A stretch of DNA of 64,000 bases, taken from Cyanidioschyzon merolae. Lineage: Eukaryota. Location of the stretch: NCBI GenBank assembly GCA_000091205.1, contig AP006500.2. One strand, given 5' to 3'. Below are positions 22,200 to 31,608 of this stretch, in pieces. The stretch's first letter is position 1; each line of letters begins with the position of its first letter. Both the position numbers and the translations under genes were made by a program. A model generated the notes under the pieces. The model saw nothing but the letters and a program-made list of their open reading frames with translations, searched no databases and was not told the origin of the DNA.

Positions 22200-23813
22200 A
22201 GTAACCGAGGCATGTCGACGGCAGCGGTAGAGTCGCGGTATCGCCTCTTCGGGCAGTTGTGGACGCGTTTCATGCCCAGGCAAAAGTTGCCATCGATGGG
22301 TCCTCTGTATGTGTATGCAACGTCGGTGCTGCGTTTGCAGCGGTGACAAACTTGGGTGTGTTCCGGCGTTCCCATGCGTCCCCAACGTACGTTCTCCCTC
22401 TCGGAAGGGCGCTTTGTGGTACCTGTACGCCAGCTCCATCACCCACCATATGGTATCGACGGGTGCAGAGGGCTTGCCCCGAGATCGTCCTCCGTTTCGG
22501 CGCCTGGTGCCGTAAACTGCGATGACGGGCTCGTTCTGGTCGATCGCCTCGGCGAGCACCAGACGCGCTGCAAACACAAGTGCAAACGCCTCCTCTCGAT
22601 GACTCAACATGCGCTGGCTTGCGCGCTCTTCGCTCCCTGAGTACGCTTTTGGCGAAACATGGCGATGATCGTGACGAGCATCGCGTTGCCGTACCTACTC
22701 GTGGGCATTGTGTGTCCACGTGCTTCACTTGTGTGCGAGCGTGCAGTCACGGCTTCTGGGACTCGCTGCTGCTTCCGTCGCTTGCTTGCTGGACGGACGT
22801 TTTTCGCGTTCATTATCTTCCGCTGATACGAAGAGTACAGGCGCGCTGGCAGAATGCACGGCTGCTGGTCCAAGTCAAGTATGCGGGCACAAAACCCGAG
22901 CAGCCATAGCTTCGCCTGTTGCCACCAGGGGTATTGGGTCTCTGTTTGGGTAAAAGAGGAGCGCAGGTGCAGGGGTCCGCACTGCATGCTCCAGGCTGGT
23001 GCAGAGTGCATTGGAGAGCATCCTCGCGAGGCGATGCATTTGTACGGGTCGTTGCTCGTCTGCGTAGTAGCTCGTCTGTGCTGTATAGGTCGTTGCTTGT
23101 CTGCGTAGTAGCTCGTCTGGGCTGTACGGGTCGTTGCTTGTCTGCGTAGTTGCTCGTCTGGGCTGCACGGGTCGTTGCTCGTCTGCGTAGTAGCTCGTCT
23201 GGGCTGTACGGGTCGTTGCTGGTCTGCGCAGTAGCTCGTCTGGGCTGTACGGGTCGTTGCTGGTCTGCGCAGTAGCTCGTCTGGGCTGTATAGGTCATTG
23301 CTCCTCTTCGTAGTAGCTCGTCTGGGCTGTACGGGTCGTTGCTCGTCTGCATAGTAGCTCGTCTGGGCAGGGGTGCTTTTCAGCTCTGACGGTGTCATGA
23401 ATCGTATGGGAGGTTCGCTGTTGTCCTTGTTGATAATGGCGATATTGGCCGATACGCTTACGCAGTCGGTCTCGACGAAAGACGCAACCTCTCCTGGTCG
23501 TATTGCGAAGCTGGTATTCCCGCAGTTTTTCCTTCCCGCTTGCATCTATTGCTTGCGAGGCATGGTGTCGCCACTGCCGAGCGGTGTTTCCTCGATGACC
23601 GTGAAGAAAAGCGGATTCGACTTGAGCACCGAATCGATTATTTGACGTGACAAATCCAGTCGACTTTCGGAACGGGCCTGCGAACAAGGCATCAAGGGGT
23701 GACGTCGAGGCTGTCTGCTCGTCAACCCAACAGAGCGCATTGCTGCGTCCACGAGTTGCCCTGAATCGGAAAGATCGAAAACTTGAAGCATGTGAGATTC
23801 GGGTATGCCACAC
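22200..23813 (-). pseudogene. Type-2 TnpB/Fanzor-like gene relic, convergent with the type-1 gene. It carries frameshifts and a 41-bp repeat insertion.
   Basis: Minus-strand frames give RuvC-I-like ARILDLDQQP (~22875), RuvC-II-like LVLAEAIDQNEPVIAVYG (~22553), zinc finger TPEHTQVCHRC...FCLGMKRVHNC (22348-22260) and RuvC-III-like YRDSTAAVDM (22237-22211). These lie in three different frames. The tail is clearly homologous to copy X (29850-30083): TCRHCEW...FRLCMKRVDNRCKWLIRDFNAAAEVV. Confidence 0.45.
23035..23375. repeat. 41-bp tandem repeat (~8 units) inside the type-2 relic
   Basis: Unit gggtcgttgctcgtctgcgtagtagctcgtctgggctgtac. A 41-bp period is not a multiple of 3, so the minus-strand ORF shows a 41-aa periodicity (QRPVQPRRATTQTSNDPYSPDELLRRRATTRAAQTSNYADK). 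Copy B has fewer units (about 40860-41100). Confidence 0.85.
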
Positions 23814-25213
23814 ATAAGGAGAGAAGAAGCGAAGCAGCTTGCAAATATGAGTTGGATATCGATTTCTGTTTTTTTACGGACCCGTGTTCGGGGGTATCGC
23901 GAATCATTCTGACTCCGATGAAGGAACGCATTCCAGCGGTAAATCGTTCAAGGTAACGCTCCGAAAACACGACCAAGAATCCTAAAACTACGCGTGAACC
24001 CGTATGCCCATAGTGCTGCACTTGGAATCTTGATGCCGCAGATCCAGAGAAAAACGTTTGGATGTATCGCAAGCTAGGAAGAGCGCAAGCAGCTCAAAAC
24101 TCCATGATAACGTAATACGGTTCTAGAGACCTGCTCTGGGGCCGCGCTCCCATCCGCAGAGGCAGCGCACGAAAGCAACAGCACTAGCCAAAAAAATGAG
24201 CTCGAACGGGTTCACATATCGGCATACATTGCATTACCGATTTCGCATGGCGTGGAACTGGGGAGAGAGCATCCCAATATGGAAACGTACTCAGCCGGGC
24301 ACGCGTCTGCATCCGCAGCATATGCGCAGGTCCCGTGAAAGGACCACCTGCGGCGCCGTGCGGCCCGCGCTGCACCAGGCCAGCTTCTCTGACAGCCTAA
24401 ACAGCGCCAATGCTCCCGTGACCTGGACTACGCTCAAGGTCTAGCTCCGCAGCAAACGACGTACCTGCTGTCGCTCGCCGCCCTGAACTAAACGCACGCA
24501 CGCGTACGCGTCCTCGAGTTGGGCGCTTCACGAAAGCGACCCGAGCAGCCGCAGGCTGCAAAACGTGCTCCCTTGTTGCCTAGCGCTTTCTCACGAGAAT
24601 AACCTCGAACCGGTACGCCTTCGAAGCAAAGAAAAGCGCCTGCGAGCTCGACCTCGTATGCAGCCTATAAACGAGGCTCCTGGGGTGCTCGTTATCGAGC
24701 TTCAGTGCACGCATCGATACAGCCCCCGCCACGTTTCCCACCGAACAAAGCACCGTGATCTCTGTTGCATCGTCATGCACCAGTCACGTATCAACCTCTG
24801 CGAAAAGCAAGCTCGATGCATACAACCAACAACAACCGTACGCATCAGCAAGCAAGCATCGAAGCAGATGGCAACAAACAGTGCCCTTGGCGCGTGCTGC
24901 TGCCTCCTTCGGGAGATTGTTTTCGGACAACGCAGCAGCGATCGCGCGCGCGCGCCTCGAAGGCCATCAGCTGCAATTCGACGCTGCCTCGAAAGTGTGC
25001 GTTCGATCCGCACTACGGCGGCGCGAGCTGTCACGACTCCGGTGACCCCCAGCGAACAGTTCGCATCGAGATAGAAGTCGAAGTTTGCAACGTGGCAGTG
25101 CCAGCTTGCGCTATAGCATGGCCCCGGAGGAGGCGCCAGTCCAATGCTTCCAAAGCAATTTGTGTTTGGACTTGTTCTAGCTCGAACAACATCTGTAATC
25201 CGATTGTATCTCA

Positions 25214-27091
25214 TTGAAAGCCATGAACATGAGGCTGCTCTATCTGGCCGCTATTGTAGTGGTCCTGGCGGCGACGCTGCTGCAAAGTGCGGCCGCCATG
25301 GACTACTATCAGAAGGATATGAAACAGAAGAAGCAGTGCTACACAGTCGAGAAGTGTGTGAAGCAGGAGCGCAAATGTATCCAATATGAGAAGGTTTGCA
25401 CGCAGCCGCAGAAGAAGTGCATCCAGCACGAACTTATCTGTGTGCAGCAAGAGAACCAGTGCAAGCAGTACGAGCCCGAATACCAGAATGTTAAAGTCTG
25501 TGTTGCGTACGAGAAAGAATGCGTGCAATGGAACTATAAGGATGAGTGCCAGCAGGAGTACGTCCAACAGAACAATTACTTCTGGGGCATGAGATGGTCC
25601 AATGAGAAGAAGAAGGAGCCTGTCAAGAAACAGTGCAAGAAAGTTCAGAACGGCTGCGCACAGTGGCAGGAGAACAAGAACAAGTGCGCACAGTATGGCG
25701 AACAACAACAGAAGATCGGACAAAAGTGCTCCGACTATGTCCAGGTGTGCACGAAGACGAAACCCGGGAAATGCATCCAGTATCAGGAGACCTGCAACAA
25801 CTATCAGCAGCAGTGTGCACAATGGGCTAACGTGTGCCAGCAGTACAAGAAGGAGATCGTCTGTCCTGAACCCAAGAAGGAGCCGCAGAAGAAAGTTAAG
25901 CAAGAGCAGTACGTGAAGAAGGACAACTACGTGTGGCGAATGTACGATCAAAAGAAAAAGTATGATCAGAAAAACGTAGAGCAGCAACAGAAGAATGAAT
26001 GGTTCCAGCAGCAGAATGAGAAGAAGCAGTACTATTGGCAGCCACAGAAGACCCAGTACTACAAGAAGAATGATTACAAGAAGAATGTTTACAACGACCA
26101 GAAACAGTACTACTGGGAGCCACAGAAGACCCAGTACTACAAGAAGAATGATTACAAGAAGAATGTTTACAACGACCAGAAACAGTACTACTGGGAGCCG
26201 CAGAAGACCCAGTACTACAAGAAGAATGACTACAAGAAGAATGTTTACAACGATCAGAAGCAGTACTACTGGGAGCCGCAGAAGACCCAGTACTACAAGA
26301 AGAATGACTACTACCAAAAGAAGGACAACTACGTGTGGCGAATGTACGATCAAAAGAAAAAGTATGATCAGAAAAACGTAGAGCAGCAACAGAAGAATGA
26401 ATGGTTCCAGCAGCAGAATGAGAAGAAGCAGTACTATTGGCAGCCACAGAAGACCCAGTACTACAAGAAGAATGATTACAAGCAGAATGTTTACAACGAC
26501 CAGAAACAGTACTACTGGGAGCCGCAGAAGACCCAGTACTACAAGAAGAATGACTACAAGAAGAATGTTTACAACGACCAGAAACAGTACTACTGGGAGC
26601 CGCAGAAGACCCAGTACTACAAGAAGAATGACTACAAGAAGAATGTTTACAACGATCAGAAGCAGTACTACTGGGAGCCGCAGAAGACCCAGTACTACAA
26701 GAAGAATGACTACTACCAAAAGAAGGACAACTACGTGTGGCGAATGTACGATCAAAAGAAAAAGTATGATCAGAAAAACGTAGAGCAGCAACAGAAGAAT
26801 GAATGGTTCCAGCAGCAGAATGAGAAGAAGCAGTACTATTGGCAGCCACAGAAGACCCAGTACTACAAGAAGAATGACTACAAGAAGAACGTTTACAACG
26901 ACCAGAAACAGTACTACTGGGAGCCGCAGAAGACCCAGTACTACAAGAAAAATGACTACAAGAAGAATGTTTACAACGACCAGAAACAGTACTACTGGGA
27001 GCCGCAGAAGACCCAGTACTACAAGAAGAATTACAATCTATACGGAAAGAAAGAAAATCCATACGTTCCGCAGTATTACTACTGGGAGTGA
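25214..27091 (+). CDS. Secreted cysteine-module Gln/Lys/Tyr-rich repeat protein, paralog C (625 aa)
   Basis: ATG at 25214 with signal peptide MKAMNMRLLYLAAIVVVLAATLLQSAAA. An N-terminal Cys module is followed by WNYKDECQQ, MRW and CKKVQNGCAQWQENKNKC...GKCIQYQETCNNYQQQCAQWANVCQQYKKEIVC. After that come 2.9 copies of a 134-aa repeat rich in K/Q/Y/N/W. Confidence 0.75.
   Translation: MKAMNMRLLYLAAIVVVLAATLLQSAAAMDYYQKDMKQKKQCYTVEKCVKQERKCIQYEKVCTQPQKKCIQHELICVQQENQCKQYEPEYQNVKVCVAYEKECVQWNYKDECQQEYVQQNNYFWGMRWSNEKKKEPVKKQCKKVQNGCAQWQENKNKCAQYGEQQQKIGQKCSDYVQVCTKTKPGKCIQYQETCNNYQQQCAQWANVCQQYKKEIVCPEPKKEPQKKVKQEQYVKKDNYVWRMYDQKKKYDQKNVEQQQKNEWFQQQNEKKQYYWQPQKTQYYKKNDYKKNVYNDQKQYYWEPQKTQYYKKNDYKKNVYNDQKQYYWEPQKTQYYKKNDYKKNVYNDQKQYYWEPQKTQYYKKNDYYQKKDNYVWRMYDQKKKYDQKNVEQQQKNEWFQQQNEKKQYYWQPQKTQYYKKNDYKQNVYNDQKQYYWEPQKTQYYKKNDYKKNVYNDQKQYYWEPQKTQYYKKNDYKKNVYNDQKQYYWEPQKTQYYKKNDYYQKKDNYVWRMYDQKKKYDQKNVEQQQKNEWFQQQNEKKQYYWQPQKTQYYKKNDYKKNVYNDQKQYYWEPQKTQYYKKNDYKKNVYNDQKQYYWEPQKTQYYKKNYNLYGKKENPYVPQYYYWE
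25916..27088 (+). repeat. 402-bp coding tandem repeat (2.9 copies), each unit containing four 78-bp subrepeats
   Basis: Units start at 25916, 26318 and 26720. The subrepeat encodes KQYYWEPQKTQYYKKNDYKKNVYNDQ (26 aa). Confidence 0.9.
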
Positions 27092-27479
27092 AAATCAGCA
27101 GGGAGCCACCGAACATCTGGGAGCGTCTGAAACGGTGGGGGCACGGGAAAGTTTACGGATTGGCGATTGCGCCGCTACGTACAGGTTAGACTCTTGCCAG
27201 TAAACCGATAGAGTACACCAGAATGCAGTTTGCGCTTATGGCGGGTACCTCGATCGTGTCAGGTGAGTTGCAAGGCATAGGCGCCGTGGTCTATATCGAC
27301 ACAGCATGCATGCTGTGTCTCTGCGAAGATCACCGGATCCGGCGGACGTTGCGGGCACCATAACTTAAACCACGACGGCAACATGTTACCGATATGAACT
27401 GTCATCGGTGCCAGCCCGTGACCCCCCAATAGCAGCCGCATTCAAAACAGTTCCTCATTGCAGCGACCGTGCCGCACGC

Positions 27480-28010
27480 ATTACAAGCACCGTCAGTGAT
27501 CGTATATGCCTGCTCACGAACCCGTCGATGACTAGATTTTTTTCTACTTTCCATATACCTAACGAAACTCCTGCTCACTAGTGTGAGGCATACCTCATCG
27601 GCCCACGCGTGCGACGCCGCGAACGCTCCCCGTGTGCTACAAACATCGCGGGGTTTTGCGCCTGCCCTGTACACACGCCGGGTACGGTCGGAATGGTGCA
27701 CAGCAGAGGGCAGCAGCGTCGCGGCCAGCGCCGGCGCGTAACGCGGGAGATCATTCGACGTGAGCTCCGCAACCCCCCGATACCTGATCCCCTGCCGCAC
27801 GCTGCAATGCACATCGGCTCGTCAGCGCGCGGCAGGGCACGCTTGCGTCAACGCGGCGTCGGACACGTGTCCTTCATCGATCGGCGGCGGTCTGCGACGT
27901 GTACGCACCGCGGTCGATACGCGCGCAAACAGATTTTGCAGGCATGGGACACGACGCCGACGCCGTCGTCGAAGGGAAACGCGTTCCTGACCATTCGTCG
28001 ACTTTGCCGG
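27480..28010. repeat. Dispersed ~500-bp element (family 3) immediately upstream of paralog D
   Basis: Shares cctaacgaaactcct..., cggcgtcggacacgtgtcc... and gcaggcatgggacacgacgcc...gaagggaaacgcgttcctga with 36165..36640. A ~70-bp fragment of the same element lies at 18640..18710, just left of module copy A. Confidence 0.5.
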
Positions 28011-28203
28011 GAAACATGCGATGCCGCATTCGGAGCATGCACTGCTGCCGGTGACGTGTCCCATGCACGCCGACGGCATGGCACGGCGACATCAAGGATG
28101 CAGCCTCTCCGAGCGTGCGACATTGGTGTTGAAGGCGTAGCATTCGAGTAGCGAGCGGTATTCATTCACGCGTAGAGCAATACAACTGCAACCTTAGGAA
28201 AAA

Positions 28204-29133
28204 ATGATCAAGAAAACTGTTTTGTGTTTTGCAGTAGCGCTGGTGCTTTGCATCGTAGCACCGATGAAGGGTGCGCAGGCCTGGTACAACACCGTAGCAC
28301 AGCAGGAGCAGTGCTATCAGAAGCAGGTGTGCACTCAGTATGACAACCAGTGCACAGGATATAGCAACGTATGTTTGCAGTGGGGCGAGCAGTGCAAGCA
28401 ATACGAGCAGGTGTGCACAAGCTGGGAAACCAAGTGCCTTGCCTATGAGGATGTTTACAAGACCACTCAGGTCTGCGCCCAGTACGCCCAGACGTGCGCA
28501 CAGTGGAACTACAAGGAGGACTGCCAACAGGTCAAGCAGGAGCAGAAGCAATACTATACTGCCGTGGAGACGCCAGTTGCAAAACAGGACTACAAGAAGA
28601 AGCAAGACTATGTCAAGAAGCAGGAGGATCAGCAGAAGAAGGACCAGTACATCTGGGGCCAAAACGGCTGGCGCTGGTACAACCAGGAGCAGCAGCAGAA
28701 GCAGCAGGTTCAGGTGAAGAAGGTCATCGAGACTCCGATCGCCACCCAGACCTGCAAGAAGGTGCAAGCTGGATGTGCTCGCTGGCAGCAGGACACCTCC
28801 AAGTGCGAGCAGTGGACTACAAACAAACAGAAGATCGGCGTTCGGTGCGCAAACAGCGCTCAGGTATGCTCCAACTACACACAGGGCAAGTGCGCTCAGA
28901 GCGAGCAGGTCTGCCTGAGTTATGGCCAGAAATGCACGGGCTACCAGCAAGTGTGCAAGTCGTACGGCTGGCAATGGGTCTGCCAGCAGGTTCAGGCCAC
29001 TGAACAGTACCAGCAGAAGCAGGTTTACGGCCAGAAGGAAGTATACGGCCAGCAACAGAAGCAAAAGTACCAGAAGGACCAAAAGCAGTACCAGGATCAG
29101 CAGAACTACTGGCAGAAGCAGTACATGTGGTGA
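28204..29133 (+). CDS. Secreted cysteine-module Gln/Lys/Tyr-rich protein, paralog D
   Basis: ATG at 28204 with signal peptide MIKKTVLCFAVALVLCIVAPMKGAQA. Modules: CYQKQVCTQYDNQCTGYSNVCLQWGEQCKQYEQVCTSWETKC, WNYKEDCQQ, WRW and CKKVQAGCARWQQDTSKC...GKCAQSEQVCLSYGQKCTGYQQVCKSYGWQWVC. The tail is Q/Y/K-rich and ends QYMW. Confidence 0.75.
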   Translation: MIKKTVLCFAVALVLCIVAPMKGAQAWYNTVAQQEQCYQKQVCTQYDNQCTGYSNVCLQWGEQCKQYEQVCTSWETKCLAYEDVYKTTQVCAQYAQTCAQWNYKEDCQQVKQEQKQYYTAVETPVAKQDYKKKQDYVKKQEDQQKKDQYIWGQNGWRWYNQEQQQKQQVQVKKVIETPIATQTCKKVQAGCARWQQDTSKCEQWTTNKQKIGVRCANSAQVCSNYTQGKCAQSEQVCLSYGQKCTGYQQVCKSYGWQWVCQQVQATEQYQQKQVYGQKEVYGQQQKQKYQKDQKQYQDQQNYWQKQYMW

Positions 29134-29849
29134 AAAACGCTGCTCTAGAAGCTGCTGGCGGTTTTCATTGCTCGAAATGAAGTGAACAAGGAATGTGGGT
29201 CAAGGTTTGGCGAATCCGAACCAGGGAAGAGGGCGGTGCTCTGCGAAGCGGAACAGCAATAGAAATGGAGCGACGGCGTGAGAGAGACAAGCCATTGAGT
29301 CATATGCTCAACCGGGTATAGACACATTCATTAAGTAAAGGAACGTTGGGATTCTGCACCCTGCATTCGCACACGACGCCAAAGGAGTAGCGCTCACGGA
29401 CGCCTGCGCCCGCAGGTGAACATGCACTGGGATACTTGATGTGACGTGCCGGCTGTCGGGCAAGAAGCTCTACGCCAATATACCGCCACAGAATCGGGTG
29501 CGCGTTTACGTCAGACTTTATCATTGGTGTAGGTTAGAGATTTTAATGAGTTGTATCCGCGCGACCAGGATTCAGTGCGAAAAAATCACTCAAACACTAG
29601 CCTCCGCCTTCGTTCGAAGAACGTCAGCCTTTCGGCGAATGCTGCCCTGTGTTCTCTGGGAATGCTACACGTGCACCGTAATGGGTTCCGTGTCCCAGAC
29701 ACATCAATGGCAGCATACTATGAAACAGGTCCATTGAGCTAACACGCACGTACACGCCAAAGGTCTGCTTCGTACCCATTGTCATCAACATCGGCCTATG
29801 CGGGCTTGTACTGCGAACGTTTCGATTTCCCCGCCCGTATCTCCCGCTT

Positions 29850-30420
29850 TCAAAACGCCTGTCTCCGCTGTCCATCTAGAATCGTTGTCAGCAGCCGAAC
29901 GACTTCTGCGGCAGCGTTAAAGTCCCGAATCAGCCACTTGCAGCGATTGTCAACACGTTTCATGCAGAGGCGGAAGTTGCGGTATACGCTTCGCTTGTAA
30001 TTGTCGCCGTATTTGAGCGCAGCCTCGGTGCGCCATTCGCAGTGGCGACAGGTGATTGTGGTCAAATGTTGTCGCATGTACACGAAATCTACTCGTCACT
30101 CGAGCGCCGCCCAGTGACGCGTGAGCGCTTGCGTCACCGCTTGGTGCATGAACTTGATGGGCACAAAAGGATGCATTCGATGCCGGCCTCGGTTTCCGCG
30201 CCCGGGAGCGTACCCTAGGACGACGGGCCTGTTCTAGGTGATCCCCCGACGAGAGCTCTGTGCGCTGCATGCGTCCATGCGAGATGTCTCGTTCGATCAC
30301 GGATTTGTGGAGCGCGATGTTGTCCATGACGAAACAAGTACCCGAGGAAATATCTCCGCATGAGAACGAGTCGAGAACTTTCGATTGGATCACGCTCGTG
30401 TCATGCGAAGAACACCGCAT
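29850..30420 (-). pseudogene. Type-2 TnpB/Fanzor-like relic (copy X), carrying RuvC-II-like, zinc-finger and RuvC-III tail segments
   Basis: Minus frames give CFVMDNIALHKSVIERD, which is homologous to LVLAEAIDQNEPVI of module copy A with the catalytic Glu replaced, followed by TCRHCEW...FRLCMKRVDNRCKWLIRDFNAAAEVVRLL (CxxC...C......C zinc finger plus RDxNAA). 30860..30960 matches the right-terminal region of the module (23900..24020): cacgacc.ag.atcctaaaactacgc. Confidence 0.45.
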
Positions 30421-31608
30421 GCTTCACTGGAAATGATTTCTATGATGATGCAAGCCTGAGTTAAAGGCGCTTTTTGCATGCAAACAAAAGGGACGCGAGC
30501 CTCCGGGTGCTGATCACGTGACAGGTATCGTGTTGTTGTCGAATGCCCTTTCGTCAATGACCGCACATATCGGACGATTCCTCTTTCGAACGAAATCCTT
30601 TATTTTACAGGACACCTGCATTGATATATCGGCATGGGGTTGTGCACAGGTCGTCAAGCAACGACATCGAGCTTTATTTACTCGCCAATCCGGTGGCACG
30701 AATCGCATCGCCTGCGAGTCGTCATGAAAAAATCCGAATATTTCAAGAAAGCGTGATTTGGGCATGCTCCACGAAAAGAACGGACACCAATCGAGTCCTA
30801 TACCTATGAACTGGATAAAGTAATCGGCGATTTTACGAGCGCTTGTTCGAAGGCTTCGCTAATCATCCTCAGTCCAGTCACGTAAAGTACGCCAGCGGCA
30901 AAGCGTCCAAGCAGCCTATCCAAATCCACGACCGAGCATCCTAAAACTACGCCCTGTTCCATAAACCTCGATTGCTGCTCTCTGAATATCGAGCATATCC
31001 AGCTACACCAAGTCTGAAACAAAATATAAAAGCAGGTATCATGCAAGCAGTCCGGGGTTCCATTTTCATTTGACGCGCGCGTCACGCCTCTGCCCACGTC
31101 CGATACTGCCATTTCGGACACGCTGACCCGCACCCGCCGCTAGTCCGTCGACATGAACCACGATCCTCTACATCTCGCGTACGGTATCCTGCTTGGTGAC
31201 GCTCGACAGACCCATACCCCAATGTCTGTTTCTCCGACGCGGATAGCTCTTTGCGATCACGCGTGCGCGCGCTCTGCCTTCGAAATGCCGCTCGCGCTGG
31301 ACAGCACGGCACCTGCCAGCACGTACGCCAGACGCATGTGTATGCGTGCCGCCACAAGATCGCCAGCACGCAAACGCAGCAGTGACACGCATCGACACGA
31401 GATCGGCATCCGAGCTGCGGATCCGTGCGCAACACGTGTCCGCGCGAATGTCGCCAGCGCCTGGATGCAACGATCGCCGCAATGCGCCGCTCGACACGGA
31501 AGCACGCCCCAGCGCTTCTTTACCGAAGAGCGAAGCCTTGTTCGATGTCCGTGGCGTCAAACAGGTGCGGAGGACAGCAGCGATGTGCACGCAACGCCGT
31601 GCTCTTGT

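Larger units (their letters stand above)
18808..24185 (+). repeat. Copy A of a ~5.3-kb duplicated module. Content: ORF1, a type-1 Fanzor-like pseudogene, the IMP peptidase gene, and a type-2 Fanzor-like pseudogene.
   Basis: Collinear and roughly 98-99% identical to 36726..41915. The offset is 17.9 kb and shrinks to 17.84 kb after the 75-bp array because of copy-number differences. Both boundaries are sharp: the left flanks and the right flanks are each unrelated between copies. Confidence 0.85.

Noticed and set aside
25211-27116. Long antisense ORFs opposite paralog C: 25211..26791(-), 526 aa and Leu/Val-rich; 25896..27116(-), 406 aa and Ser/Cys-rich. Analogous antisense ORFs lie opposite the other paralogs: 6980..7570(+), 7129..7509(-), 10174..11058(+) and 28162..29082(-).
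   Set aside because: They are compositional mirror images of the A/G-rich sense strand (AAG/CAG/TAC codons read backwards give CTT/CTG/GTA). They have no start context, no homology, and exactly the same periodicity as the sense repeats. The sense frames carry signal peptides and conserved Cys modules.
29950-30420. FVMDNIALHKSVIE initially looked like the MDNAxIHK motif of Tc1/mariner-IS630 (DDE_3) transposases.
   Set aside because: The segment is collinear with, and directly upstream of, a CxxC...C...C + RDxNAA tail. It is homologous to LVLAEAIDQNEPVI in the duplicated module. It therefore fits a RuvC-II region of a TnpB/Fanzor-like protein better than a DDE transposase. No DDE triad or downstream LPPYSPDLNPIE motif is present.
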